64,000 nt of DNA from an uncultured Thermoleophilia bacterium (GCA_963702475.1 CAVPCT010000004.1:320001-384000); one strand, 5' to 3'. Shown: positions 38,436 to 49,387, counted from the first letter of the stretch. The notes: generated by a model from the sequence alone, not told the origin. Numbers and translations are program-made.

Positions 38436-39047
38436 GTGACGCTCGCCGTCGGCATCCTCCTGTTCGACGGCGTCGAGCTCCTGGACTTCGCCGGTCCCTA
38501 CGAGGTCTTCACCGTCGCGTCCCGGGTGCGGCTGCGCGACGATCCCGCCGCCGAGCCCCCGTTCGACGTGTTCACGGTGGCCGCCGCCGGTGGTCTCGTG
38601 CACACGCACGCCGGTGTGCGCATCGCAGGCGACCACACCTTCGCCGAGCACCCGCGCATCGACCTGCTCGTGGTTCCCGGCGGGGTCGTGGATGGGGCCG
38701 TCGCGGATCGGCACGTCGTCGACTGGATCGCGCGCACGTCTGCCGCCGCGCGACTGACCGCTTCGGTCTGCACAGGCGCCTTTCTGCTGGCGCGGGCCGG
38801 CATCCTCGACGGCCGTCCGGCGACCACCCACTGGGAGGACGTCGACGACCTCCAGGCGGCGTATCCGGGCCTGCGCGCCGTCAGGGACTGCCGCTGGGTG
38901 GACGACGGTGACGTCGTCACCGCCGCAGGCATTTCCGCCGGCATCGACATGGCGCTGCACCTCGTGCGGCGGCTGGGCGGCCGCGACCTGGCCGCGGACA
39001 CCGCCCTGTACATGCAGTATCAGTGGGACGACGACCGGGAGGCTTGA
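38436..39047 (+). CDS. DJ-1/PfpI family protein
   Basis: ELLDFAGPYEVF, VPGG, SVCTGA, ATTHW, AGISAGID. Confidence 0.9.
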   Translation: MTLAVGILLFDGVELLDFAGPYEVFTVASRVRLRDDPAAEPPFDVFTVAAAGGLVHTHAGVRIAGDHTFAEHPRIDLLVVPGGVVDGAVADRHVVDWIARTSAAARLTASVCTGAFLLARAGILDGRPATTHWEDVDDLQAAYPGLRAVRDCRWVDDGDVVTAAGISAGIDMALHLVRRLGGRDLAADTALYMQYQWDDDREA

Positions 39048-39598
39048 TGGACCTTGCCCCGACAGATGAGCTCAAGCGTGAGCACGAGTTCGTGCTCATG
39101 GTCGTGGAGGCCATGGAGCGCGAGGTGGCTCACGTCGAGGAGGGCGGCGCCGTGCACGTCGAGCGCGTCGCCCAGATGATGGACTTCACGCGCACGTTCA
39201 CCGACGGCTATCACCACTACAAGGAGGAGCAGGTCCTGTTCCCCGTGCTCGAGGAGCGGGACCGGGGCGCGGCCGGTCAGGTGAGCGTGCTGCTCAGCGA
39301 GCACGACGCCGGCCGCGAGGCGGTCCGCGGCGTGCTCGACAACCTGCCGCGCGCGCACGAGGACGACGCCGCCCGCACCGCCGTCGCGGAGAACCTCAAG
39401 CTCTACGCCTTCCTGTTGCGGCTGCACATCCACAAGGAGGACACCGTCCTCTTCCCGCTGGCCGACGAGCTGCTGAGCGACCAGGAGTCGGAGCTGATGG
39501 CGGAGGAGTTCGCGCGCGCCGAGGAGGAGAGCGGCGCCGGCGACCCAGCGCGCTACCGCACCATGGCGCACGAGCTGGCGGAGGCGCCGGTCGACTGA
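39047..39598 (+). CDS. hemerythrin-domain protein
   Basis: EH, HH.KEE..LFP, EH, HI.KED..LFP; TGATG coupling. Confidence 0.88.
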   Translation: MDLAPTDELKREHEFVLMVVEAMEREVAHVEEGGAVHVERVAQMMDFTRTFTDGYHHYKEEQVLFPVLEERDRGAAGQVSVLLSEHDAGREAVRGVLDNLPRAHEDDAARTAVAENLKLYAFLLRLHIHKEDTVLFPLADELLSDQESELMAEEFARAEEESGAGDPARYRTMAHELAEAPVD

Positions 39599-39788
39599 CC
39601 GGCAGGCGCCTGCATGCCCGCCGCGCGGCACGAGCGTCCCGTCCCGTGATACGGTGGACGGCGCCGGCGCCGCACATGGCGACCATGGCGCGGCGCACTC
39701 GCGGCTCCACACGGCGTGACGGGTTTGGCGATCGCCGCGCGAGGAACGCACACTGCAACTGCCCAGCTTCTCCCCCGGAGGGTGACCT

Positions 39789-41468
39789 GTGAGCGACGAC
39801 CCTGCGCGGGCGCCCGGTGGTCTCGCCAAGACCTTGCCGTCCACGGAACCCCAGACGACCCAGTACACCGACGACGGCCCGACGCACGTCCCTCGGCACC
39901 TCGGGCTGGCGCTGGTGGTCATAGCCACGGCCCAACTGATGATCGTGCTCGACGCGACCATCGTGAACGTGGCGCTCCCGCACATCCAGCAGGCGCTCGG
40001 GTTCAGCGGCGCCGGGCTGGAGTGGATCATCACGGCCTACTCGCTGGCCTTCGGCAGCCTGCTGCTGCTCGGCGGCCGGCTAGGCGACATCTACGGCCGC
40101 CGCCGGATCTTCATCATCGGCATCGCGCTGTTCGCCGGCGCGTCCTTCGTGGGCGGCTTCGCCACCACGGAGTGGTGGCTGCTGGCCGCCCGCGCCGCCC
40201 AGGGCGCCGGCGCGGCCCTCGCAGCGCCGACGGCCCTCGCGCTCATCGCCACCACGTTCCCGATGGGCCGGGAGCGGAATCGGGCGCTGGGCGTCTGGGC
40301 CGGCATGGCCGGCGCCGGTGGCGCCGTGGGCCTGCTCCTCGGCGGCGTCCTCACCACCTACGTGTCGTGGCGCTGGGTCCTCTTCGTCAACGCTCCCATC
40401 GCGATCGTCGTCATCATCCTGGCGCCGATCGCCCTGGCCACCTCGCCGCGCCTGCCGAAGCGGCTCGACATCCCGGGCGTCATCACCAGCACCGCCGGAC
40501 TCGCCCTGCTGGTGTACGGGCTCACGCACGCCGCGGCCGGTCAGGACGGTGTGTCGCACTGGAGCAACCCGGTGACCATCGGCTGTCTCGTGGCCGCCGT
40601 CCTGCTGCTCGTGTCGTTCTTCTTCATCGAGCGCTCCGTGCGCGAGCCCGAGCTGCCGCTGCACCTGCTCAAGTCCCGGCGCAGGTCCGGCGGCTACCTG
40701 ATCTCGTTGATCTCCGGCACCGCCATGTTCGCGGTGTTCTTCTTCCTCACGCTGTACGTGCAGGTCGTCTGGGGGTACAGCGCCGTCAGGGCCGGTCTCG
40801 CCTGGCTGCCGTTCCCCATCACCATGATCACGCTGAACCTGATCGTGGCGCGGTACCTCGTCGCCAGGGTGGGCGTGCGTCCCCTGCTGCTGGCCGGTCC
40901 TCTGATAGCGGGTACGGCGTTCCTGCTGCTGTCGCGGATCACCCCGGCGGGCAGCTACGTGACTGAGATCCTGCTCCCCATGGAGCTCCTGGCCGTGGGC
41001 ATGGCCTGCATGTTCGTGCCGATGACCCTGATGGTGGTGGCGCACGTGCGGCACGACGAGGCCGGCGCCGCCTCGAGCCTGCTCAACATAGGCCAGCAGG
41101 TCGGCGGCTCGATAGGGCTGGCGGCCATCGGCACCATCGCCTGGACCACCGTGGCGAGCACCGTCCGTTCCAGCATGGCGGCGGCAGCGGCCGCCGGTGG
41201 AGCGGCCGCCGCCGCCGGCTCGGCAGGCTCCGCCGACATGACCCAGGTCCCGCGGGCCATCCTGAACGAGGGGCTCACCGAAGGCTTCTCGCGCGGACTC
41301 ATGATCGCCGGCTTCGTCATGCTCAGCGCCTTCGTGGTGGCGCTGGTCGCCACGGCCACGCCCGAGGCGGGCTGGCGGCCGGTCTCCGCGCGGCACGACC
41401 GCGAACAGCCCTGCGACGACGTGCTGGGTACCTGCGAGCCCGCGGCCGCGCTCGAGCCGGAGGGTTGA
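39789..41468 (+). CDS. DHA2-family MFS transporter
   Basis: LDATIVNVALP, GGRLGD..GRRR, QQVGGS.GLA. Confidence 0.92.
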   Translation: MSDDPARAPGGLAKTLPSTEPQTTQYTDDGPTHVPRHLGLALVVIATAQLMIVLDATIVNVALPHIQQALGFSGAGLEWIITAYSLAFGSLLLLGGRLGDIYGRRRIFIIGIALFAGASFVGGFATTEWWLLAARAAQGAGAALAAPTALALIATTFPMGRERNRALGVWAGMAGAGGAVGLLLGGVLTTYVSWRWVLFVNAPIAIVVIILAPIALATSPRLPKRLDIPGVITSTAGLALLVYGLTHAAAGQDGVSHWSNPVTIGCLVAAVLLLVSFFFIERSVREPELPLHLLKSRRRSGGYLISLISGTAMFAVFFFLTLYVQVVWGYSAVRAGLAWLPFPITMITLNLIVARYLVARVGVRPLLLAGPLIAGTAFLLLSRITPAGSYVTEILLPMELLAVGMACMFVPMTLMVVAHVRHDEAGAASSLLNIGQQVGGSIGLAAIGTIAWTTVASTVRSSMAAAAAAGGAAAAAGSAGSADMTQVPRAILNEGLTEGFSRGLMIAGFVMLSAFVVALVATATPEAGWRPVSARHDREQPCDDVLGTCEPAAALEPEG

Positions 41469-41798
41469 GGACGCGCGGGCGGGTCGTCCGCGGCGGCAGG
41501 TGAGCCGCGGCTCCGCGGCACCCCGCTCCCGAAGCGCGGTCGCGGCAGTCCCGCGCGAGGGCTGTCATCGAGGGTGTGTGCGCCGGTAGAAACGTCCGAA
41601 ACGGCTGATTCGTCCGCCCTTTCCATCAGCCTGACGCTTCCTTCGTGCGCGTTGTGCCTTCAGCGGGGCAGAAGCTCCCGGGCTCCCCCGGTCCGGTCCT
41701 GAAACGCTAATCAGGACTGTGACTGTCTTGATTAGGGCAGACCTCCCTTATCATGTGTCGCCCTGTCGGTGACCGGGCGGAGGTGGAAGGAGGTCACC

Positions 41799-42761
41799 AT
41801 GAACGTGTTCGTCGCCGGCCCGAGGAGCGTCGTCGGGCGCCGGCTCGTGCCCGGACTGCTTGAAGCGGCGCACGACGTCATCGGCCTCAGCCGTACCGCG
41901 CAGGGCGCTCGGGCGCTCGAGAGCCTCGGGATCCGCGGGGTCACCGGTGACGTGCTCGACCGGGAGCGCATGTTCGAGGTGCTCGGCGTGGAGCGTCCTG
42001 AGGTCGTGGTCTTCGAGGTGAGCGGCATCCCCGATCAGCTGGCTCCGGGGCACACGCGCGACCAGTTCGCGAGGAGCGTGCTGATCCGTACGGCGGGCGT
42101 GCGGAACGTGGTGGACGCGGCGCGCGCCGCGGGCACGCGCCGCGTCGTCGCCCAGAGCTACGCACACGTCTACGCCCCTGAGGGCGGCTGGGTGAAGCAG
42201 GAGAGCGAGCGTCTCAACCTCGGCGACCACGTGTCCGAGGATCGGCGCCGGAACGTAGAAGCCATCGTTGCGCTCGAGGACGCCGTCTGCGGTACCCCGG
42301 ACATCGAGGGCGTGGCCCTGCGCTACGGCTCCCTGTACGGGCCCTGCACGGCGTTCGATTGGGACGGGTCGGTGGCTGAGCTGGTGCGGGCACGGAAGTA
42401 CCCGCTCGTCGGGGGAGGTACCGGCTGGAGCTCGTTCCTCCACGTTGACGACGCCGCCCAGGCCGCGCTGCTCGCCCTCGACGGGCCGGAGGGCCGCTTC
42501 AACATCGGCGACGACGAACCCGCGCCGGTGAACGCGTGGCTGCCGGTGTACGCGAAGGAGGTGTGCGCGCCGGCGCCACGGCATGTCCCCGCCTTTGCGG
42601 CGCGCGCCCTGTTCGGCGAGCGCTTCGCCTTCCGCTCTACGGAGCAGCGCGCGGCCGATAACCGCTGGGCGCGCGCGCAGCTCGGCTTCGACCCGCGGTA
42701 CCGCTCCTGGCGACACGGGTTCCACGCCGAGTTCGAGCTCGAGCTGGAGCAGGCGGCATGA
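41799..42761 (+). CDS. atypical NAD-dependent epimerase/dehydratase-family protein
   Basis: GDVLD, AQS, LRYG.LYGP, SF.HVDDAA, NIGDDEP. Confidence 0.78.
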   Translation: MNVFVAGPRSVVGRRLVPGLLEAAHDVIGLSRTAQGARALESLGIRGVTGDVLDRERMFEVLGVERPEVVVFEVSGIPDQLAPGHTRDQFARSVLIRTAGVRNVVDAARAAGTRRVVAQSYAHVYAPEGGWVKQESERLNLGDHVSEDRRRNVEAIVALEDAVCGTPDIEGVALRYGSLYGPCTAFDWDGSVAELVRARKYPLVGGGTGWSSFLHVDDAAQAALLALDGPEGRFNIGDDEPAPVNAWLPVYAKEVCAPAPRHVPAFAARALFGERFAFRSTEQRAADNRWARAQLGFDPRYRSWRHGFHAEFELELEQAA

Positions 42762-43222
42762 CGGAGTCGGTCTGGGAGTACCCGCGACCGCCGCGGGTGG
42801 AGGCGACCACGCGGAGGATCCGCGTCGTCTTCAACGGCGTCGTCGTCGCCGAGACGTCGCGAGCGCTCCGCGTGCTGGAGACCAGCCACCCGCCGGTGTA
42901 CTACGTGCCGCCTGAGGACGTGCGCACGGAGCACGTGCGCCCGAGCCGGCGGCACAGTTACTGCGAGTTCAAGGGTGAGGCTGGGTACTACGACCTGGAG
43001 GTCGGTGGGCGCGTAGCCAAGGAGGCCGCCTGGTACTATCCTCGCCCCGTGCGCGCGTACGAGGCGCTTCGCGACCACGTGGCCTTCTACCCCGGTCGCG
43101 TGGACGCGTGCTACGTGGACGACGAGCAGGTGCAGCCGCAGGCCGGGGACTTCTATGGCGGCTGGATCACCAGCGACATCACCGGTCCGTTCAAGGGTGG
43201 GCCCGGCACGACCGGATGGTGA
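42758..43222 (+). CDS. DUF427 protein
   Basis: ESVWEYPRPP, ETSHPP.YY, S.CEFKG.A.Y, FYGGWIT. Confidence 0.9.
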   Translation: MTESVWEYPRPPRVEATTRRIRVVFNGVVVAETSRALRVLETSHPPVYYVPPEDVRTEHVRPSRRHSYCEFKGEAGYYDLEVGGRVAKEAAWYYPRPVRAYEALRDHVAFYPGRVDACYVDDEQVQPQAGDFYGGWITSDITGPFKGGPGTTGW

Positions 43223-43247
43223 GTCCGGCTGAGGATGGTGATGGGAC

Positions 43248-44597
43248 GTGAACGGCGAGGAGGGGCTGCTGCGGGACGCGGCCGCGCGGGCCATCCGCTA
43301 CCGGAGCGGGTTGGCGGACCGCAAGGTCAGGGCCGAGGCGGACGCTTTGGCGGCCCTGTCGCGGTTCGAGGAGCCACTGCCGGAAGGGCCACAGGTCCCT
43401 GCGGCCGTACTCGCGATGCTGGACGAGCTGGGTTCGCCGGCCACGACGGCGACGGCCGGACCGCGGTTCTTCGGCTTCGTGATCGGCGGGTCGCTGCCGG
43501 TGACGGTAGCGGCGTCCTGGCTGGCCACGGCGTGGGACCAGAACGCCGGCGCCTATGTCGCCTCGCCTGTCGCGGCGACACTCGAGCAGATCGCGCAGGG
43601 TTGGCTCGTCGACCTGCTGGGCCTGCCGGAGACCACGGTGGCCGGCTTCGTGACCGGAGCGACCATGGCCAACTTCAGCGCGCTGGCGGCCGCGCGGCAC
43701 CACGTCCTGGCCGCGGCCGGCTGGGACGTGGACGAGCGCGGCCTGGCCGGCGCGCCGCCGCTGACCGTGATCGTCGGCGAGGAGGCGCACCCCTCGGTCC
43801 ACAAGGCGCTCGGCCTGCTCGGCATCGGCCGGCAGAACGTGGTCGCCGTGCCGGCGGACGGGCAGGGCGCGCTGCGCGCCGACGCCTTGCCCGGCATCTC
43901 CGGCCCCACGATCGTGTGCCTGCAGGCCGGCAACGTGAACACCGGCGCCTTCGACCCGTTCGCGGAAGTGTGCGAGGCGGCGCACGCCGGCGGCGCCTGG
44001 GTGCACGTGGACGGCGCCTTCGGGCTGTGGGCGGCGGCGGCGCCGGCGCGGGCGCACCTGGTGCGCGGGCTGAGCGCGGCCGACTCGTGGGCCACCGACG
44101 CGCACAAGTGGCTGAACGTGCCCTACGACAGCGGCCTGGCGTTCGTGCGCGACCCCGAGCCGCTGCGCGCGGCCATGGGCGTCACCGCCGCCTACCTGCC
44201 AACGAGCATGATGCGCGAGCCCTCGGCGCACGCGCCGGAGCTGTCGCGCCGCGCCCGCGCGGTCGAGGTCTGGGCGGCCCTGCGCACGCTGGGCCGCGCC
44301 GGCGTGGGCGACCTGGTCGAGCGCGGCTGCCGTCACGCGGCGACGTTCGCCGAGGGCCTCCGCGAGGCCGGGTACGAGATCCTCAACGACGTCGTGCTCA
44401 ACCAGGTGCTCGTCGAGTTCGGGGACGAGGAGCGCACGCGCCGCGTCATCGCCGCCATCCAGGAGGACGGCACCTGCTGGGCGGGCGTCACCGTCTGGCG
44501 TGGCCACACGGCGATGCGCATCAGTGTCTCCGGCTGGTCGACCACGGACGACGATGTGGAGCGGAGCCTCACGGCGATGCTGCGCGCGGCGGGCTGA
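43248..44597 (+). CDS. group II PLP-dependent decarboxylase
   Basis: GPRFFGFV, HVDGAFG, DAHKWLN.PY, ELSRR.R. Confidence 0.88.
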   Translation: MNGEEGLLRDAAARAIRYRSGLADRKVRAEADALAALSRFEEPLPEGPQVPAAVLAMLDELGSPATTATAGPRFFGFVIGGSLPVTVAASWLATAWDQNAGAYVASPVAATLEQIAQGWLVDLLGLPETTVAGFVTGATMANFSALAAARHHVLAAAGWDVDERGLAGAPPLTVIVGEEAHPSVHKALGLLGIGRQNVVAVPADGQGALRADALPGISGPTIVCLQAGNVNTGAFDPFAEVCEAAHAGGAWVHVDGAFGLWAAAAPARAHLVRGLSAADSWATDAHKWLNVPYDSGLAFVRDPEPLRAAMGVTAAYLPTSMMREPSAHAPELSRRARAVEVWAALRTLGRAGVGDLVERGCRHAATFAEGLREAGYEILNDVVLNQVLVEFGDEERTRRVIAAIQEDGTCWAGVTVWRGHTAMRISVSGWSTTDDDVERSLTAMLRAAG

Positions 44598-44612
44598 GGT
44601 GGGGAGTCCGTC

Positions 44613-46312
44613 ATGGATCCGCGAGCGCCCATCATCCTCGTCGTTGACGACGACATCGCCGGCCTGACGATCACCGAGCAGGAGCTGCGGAAGCGCTACG
44701 GGCAGGACTACCGCGTGCTTGCCCGGCAGTCGGCGGCGGCGGCGCTGGACGAGCTCCGCCGTCTCAGGGCCGCCGCCCAGCCCGTGGCCCTGGTGCTCGC
44801 CGACCAGCACATGCCGGAGATGGACGGGGCCGACTTCCTCGGCGAGGCGCGCCTGATCGACCCGGTGGCCAAGCGCGTCATGCTGGTCTCCTGGGGCGAC
44901 ACGAGCGCACCCGAGGCGATCCTGCACGGCTGCGCCGTCGGACAGATCGAGTTCTTCATCCGCAAGCCGTGGCATGCGGGCACCGACGAGCTCTTCCACC
45001 GCGAGGTGGCCGGCTTTCTGTACGAGTGGGCGCGGCTGCAGCGCCCGGTGTACGAGGCGGTACGCCTCGTCGGCGAGCGCTGGGCCCCGCGCTCGGTACC
45101 GAGCTCCGCGACCTGCTCGGCCGCAACGGCGTCGCCTACGGGTTCTACGACGCCGACTCGGAGGAGGGCCGGAGCATCCTGCGGGACGCTGGCCTCCTCG
45201 AGGCGCCCCGGCTGCCGGTCGCCGTCGTCTTCGGGGGCCGGGTCCTGCAGGACCCGGGCAACCGCGAGGTCGCGGAGGCGCTGGGGGTGCGCAGCCGGCC
45301 GTCCGCCGACGAGTGCGACCTCGTCGTCGTCGGCGCGGGGCCGGCCGGTCTGGGCGCCGCCGTGTACGGGTCGTCGGAGGGCCTCGGCACGGTCGTGCTC
45401 GAGCGCGAGGCCCTCGGCGGCCAGGCCGGCCAGAGCACCATGATCCACAACTACCTCGGCTTCCCCGCCGGCGTCTCCGGCGCGGAGCTGGCTTACCGCG
45501 CCTACGAGCAGGCATGGCAGTTCGGGGCCGAGTTCCTGTTCGCCAACGAGGCCACGTCGCTACGGAGCGACGAGGACGGCGTCCACGTGCTCGGGCTCGT
45601 CGACGGCTCGTCGCTGCGTGCCCGCGCCGTGATCCTCGCGATGGGCGTCACCTACCGCAGGATCGGCGTGCCCCGGCTGGAGGATTACCGCGGCGCGGGC
45701 GTGTTCTACGGGTCGGTGTCGTCGGAGGCGCGGTCGCTGGCCGACATGGACGTGTACATCGTGGGCGGCGGCAACTCGGCCGGCCAGGCCGCCCTGCACC
45801 TCGCCAAGTACGCCCGTTACGTCACGCTCGTCACCCGCGGGGAGGCGCTGGCGGACAGCATGTCGCAGTACCTTCTCCACATCCTCGAGAACGAGGCGCG
45901 CGTGAGGGTGCGCAGCCGCACGTACATCGTCGACGGAGACGGGGACGCGAGGTTGCGGCAGCTCACGCTCGAGGACCGCGACAGCGGCGCGCGGACCACG
46001 GTGCCGGCCGACGCGCTGTTCGTGATGATCGGCGCCGACCCTCATACCGACTGGCTGCCGGACGCGGTCGCCAGGGACGCCGGCGGCTTCGTGCTCACCG
46101 GCCCGGACATCCTGGCGGCAGGGTTGCCGCTGCCGTGGCCGCTGGAGCGCCTGCCGCTCGGCCTCGAGACGAGCGTGCCTGGCGTGTTCGCCGCCGGGGA
46201 CGTGCGCGCCGACTCCGTGAAGCGCGTGGCCTCAGCTGTCGGCGAAGGCGCGGTGGCCGTGCGTCTGGCGCAGCAGCACCTGACGGCCGACCGGCTGCGA
46301 CAGCCCGTCTGA
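44613..46312 (+). CDS. receiver domain plus TrxB-like FAD/NAD(P) oxidoreductase fusion (frameshift near 45095)
   Basis: VVDDD/LADQHMP receiver; GAGPAG, GGQAG, GGGNSAGQAA, AAGDVR...KRVASAVGEG. Confidence 0.85.
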
Positions 46313-46500
46313 CGCTCGTCCCCCTCCGCGGCCGGCCCCGCCGGCCCTCATCACGCACACTGCCGCTGTCCGTGAACGCACGCTGCCATGGCCGTGCACC
46401 ATGCGCCTGTGCGGCGACTCAGCCGACAGCTTCAAAGCTGTCAACACCGAGTGCCCGCACACGCACTACCCGGCCGGCCCTCGGTCGTGCGGCCGGCCGG

Positions 46501-46911
46501 TCACTCCGGCAGCGGCACGGTGTCCCAGTCCGACGGCGCGAACGCCGCGCCGGGCTCGGCCCCGACGACGAACATCGTCGTGCCGGCCTCGACGGCCACG
46601 ACGCCGCGCACGGTGGCCGGATCGGGGACGTAGAGGAACGTCCCGGCCGGGCCGTCGATCTCCTCGCCGTCGACCCGGTACGTGGCGTGGCCGCTGACGA
46701 TCAGGAAGAGCTCTTCGTGACGCGTCTCGACCTCGTCGTGATCGTGAGTGAGCGTGTCGCCCGCCTCCGTGGCGCGTGCGAGGGCGGTGCCGAACGAGCC
46801 GATGCCGAAGACGCGCCGCACCGGCTTCCACTCAGTGCCCGGCGACGAGCCCTCTTCGAACGGCATGTCGTCGATGTGCGCGACCTGGTACGTGGCGTGG
46901 CCGTCAGTCAT
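46501..46911 (-). CDS. cupin-domain protein
   Basis: PVRR.FGI..FG, HDH.E...HEELF....G.A. Confidence 0.75.
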   Translation of the reverse strand: MTDGHATYQVAHIDDMPFEEGSSPGTEWKPVRRVFGIGSFGTALARATEAGDTLTHDHDEVETRHEELFLIVSGHATYRVDGEEIDGPAGTFLYVPDPATVRGVVAVEAGTTMFVVGAEPGAAFAPSDWDTVPLPE

Positions 46912-46983
46912 GTGGACCTCCTGATCGCTGTGTGGGGACGTTGCGTCCGGGTGACGCCATCTGCGCGCCGCGGCCGGCCGGGT

Positions 46984-48256
46984 TCACTGGTCGAGCATCC
47001 GCCGCGGGTCGTCCGGGCCGATGCCGAGCTGCGGAGCCGTGCCGCGCAGCTCCAGTAGCTTCTGCTTGAGCTCCCGCTGCATCTGCGTGATCTCGCCCTC
47101 GGCCGCGAGCTCTGCGGGCGCGGCCCTCCGCCTGGATCTGGATCGTCTCCTCCAGCGTCGCGATGAGGTCGGCATTGACCTTCTGCAGGGTCTCCACGTC
47201 CACCACGCCGCGCTCGACCTCGCGCTGCACCTTGGCCGAGCCGGTCTTGAGCAGCTCGGCGTTCTTGGCCAGCAGCTCGTTGGTCGTGTCGGTGACCTCC
47301 CTCTGCAGGTCCACGGCCTTCTGCTGGCGGTACAGGCTGATGGCGATGACGATCTGGTTCTTCCACAGCGGGATGGTGGTGAGCACCGAGGCCTGGATCT
47401 TCTCGACCAGGTTCTGGTCGTTGCTCTGGATGAGGCGGAGCTGTGGCGCGGTCTGCACGGCGATCATCCGTGTGAGCTTGAGGTCGTGGATGCGCCGCTC
47501 GAAGCGCGCCGCCGCCTGCTGCAGGTCGGTGAGGCGCTGGGCCGCCATGATGTCGTTCGAGGCCGCCACCTCGGCCTCCATGGCCGGGATCTTGACCCTG
47601 TAGAGCTCGTCGAGCGCCTGCTCGCCGGCGGCGATGTACACGTCCAGCTGCTTCAGGTAGTCGAGGTTGAGCTGGTACATCTTGTCGAGGACGGTCATGT
47701 CCTTGAGCAGGGCCATGCGCGAGCGCTCGAGAGCGTCGATGATGCGGTCGATGCCGGTGGCGACCTTCTGGTAGCGCGTGGCGAAGCGGTCGAAGCTGTT
47801 GGCGAAGCGCCCGAAGATCGGGATCCTGCCTTTGCCGCCGTCGCCGAGCGCGTCGACGTCGATCTCGCGGACCTTCTTGAGCAGGTCCGCAAGGGCCTCT
47901 CCGCCCGCCCCCGCGTCCTTGTTGCGTACGTCGTTCAGCAGCGAGTCGGCGAAGTTGGCGATGCGGCTCTGCGCCGGAAGGCCGTAACTGAGCACCGACT
48001 GCGAGTCGTTGACGTCGACCTGTCGCGCGATCTCGGCGACGCGGGCCCTGTCCTCCGGGCTCAGCGGTCCGGCGGCTGGTGCGCTGCCGGCCGGGGCCGT
48101 CGTCGCGGCCGCGCCGCCCGTGGTCGCGGGCGCGCCCGGCGCTCCGGCCGGGACGACCTCCGCCCCCGGGGCGCCGCCTCCGGCCGTCGTGCCGCCTCCG
48201 TCTCCGCCGGCTCCGGCGTCCGCGCGCGGCCCGGTCACGTCGATGTCGTCGCTCAT
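46984..48256 (-). CDS. TelA toxic anion resistance protein (frameshift near 47108)
   Basis: YG..AQ, Q.APQLRLIQ.N, TIPLWKNQ, TNELL.KNA. Confidence 0.88.
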
Positions 48257-48257
48257 A

Positions 48258-49232
48258 TCAGCTCCCCGGTGTCTGGGTGTACATGGTCTCGCTGCGCACG
48301 GTGCGTTCCAGCAGCTCGATCTCGCTGTCGAGGTCCATGGCGCGGTCCTCGAGCACTGCCGCGAGCTGCCGGTCGAACGCCTGCTGCACGACGCGCAGGG
48401 ACGCTTCGGCGCGGGCCAGCGTCGCCGTGATGTCCGGCGTCGCCGCCCCGCGCTCGTTGAGGTGCACATAGCCCTCGACGATGCGCTGCGCCGCGTCGAG
48501 GTAGTAGGTCAGGAAGCCCCGTGCTGCGTCGAGCTTGCGCGGCTGCGCCGCAAGCTCGGCGAGGATCTGGTCGGCGGTGCGGCACAGGGCCACCACCTGG
48601 TCGCGGACCTCCGCCTTGCCGATGGCGCCGGCGTCCTTGAGGATCACGTCGACCTGGTCGCGCGCCGGACGCAGGACCTCTGCGGTCGCGTCGTCGATGC
48701 CCCTGGGCAGCTGCGCCCGCGGCACCGACTCCAGCAGCGACGGCGGCTGCGGGGGCTTCGGCAGGCTCTTGGGCGGCGCGTCGCCGAACATGATGGCCCG
48801 GTAGTAGGGCCGCAGGTACAGGCCGTGCGCTACGCTGGCAATCGACACGAAGAGCTGCACCCCCACCATGGGCCAGAACAGCGGCGAGTTGAAGGCCAGG
48901 ATCGTGAGGATCACCGGCAGGGCGTACAGGAAGCCGACCAGGGTCCACGGCAGGTGCTTGGCCCGTACCCCGATCCACACGAAGGCGAGCCAGTTCATGA
49001 ATCCGAGCGTGAACGTCCACAGGATCCAGCCGGAGTAGCGCCACCACCAGCGGTACTTGGTCTTCGGCCGGGACGCCGGCGGCGGCGCCTCGACGACCGC
49101 TACGCCGCCCGCCTGCGGCTTGAGTTGCTGCACGTCGCGCACGGCCGACGCCGGGTGCCCGTTCTGGCACTCGCCGTAGGGCGTCAGCCACACCCAGCGT
49201 TCACAGACGCTGCAGTATCCACCCAAGGGCAT
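48258..49232 (-). CDS. XpaC-like (5-bromo-4-chloroindolyl phosphate hydrolysis family) membrane protein
   Basis: AR.FL.YYLD....I...Y, MDLD.EI..L; usual partner upstream of telA. Confidence 0.75.
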   Translation of the reverse strand: MPLGGYCSVCERWVWLTPYGECQNGHPASAVRDVQQLKPQAGGVAVVEAPPPASRPKTKYRWWWRYSGWILWTFTLGFMNWLAFVWIGVRAKHLPWTLVGFLYALPVILTILAFNSPLFWPMVGVQLFVSIASVAHGLYLRPYYRAIMFGDAPPKSLPKPPQPPSLLESVPRAQLPRGIDDATAEVLRPARDQVDVILKDAGAIGKAEVRDQVVALCRTADQILAELAAQPRKLDAARGFLTYYLDAAQRIVEGYVHLNERGAATPDITATLARAEASLRVVQQAFDRQLAAVLEDRAMDLDSEIELLERTVRSETMYTQTPGS

Positions 49233-49387
49233 GACTACTCCTCACACAGGGGCCTCGCTGTATGCAGGATAGCCCTCTTGGGCTCCTGTCACACATCAGC
49301 GGGATCTGAACGGCGCCGGGGAGACGCCCCGCCCCGCCTGCTGTACTCTAGGCGTTCACACATCGTCATCCACCGGAGCCCGCTTCC

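Noticed and set aside
39676-39792. 38-codon uORF ending in a GTGA overlap with the MFS start
   Set aside because: No RBS or leader-peptide signature; likely chance in GC-rich DNA
41620-41720. Glycine or c-di-AMP riboswitch-like words on the minus strand (CGCTGAAGG..TCAGG; CCGGGGGAGCC)
   Set aside because: Required pairings and 3' motifs are missing, and no gene lies downstream on that strand
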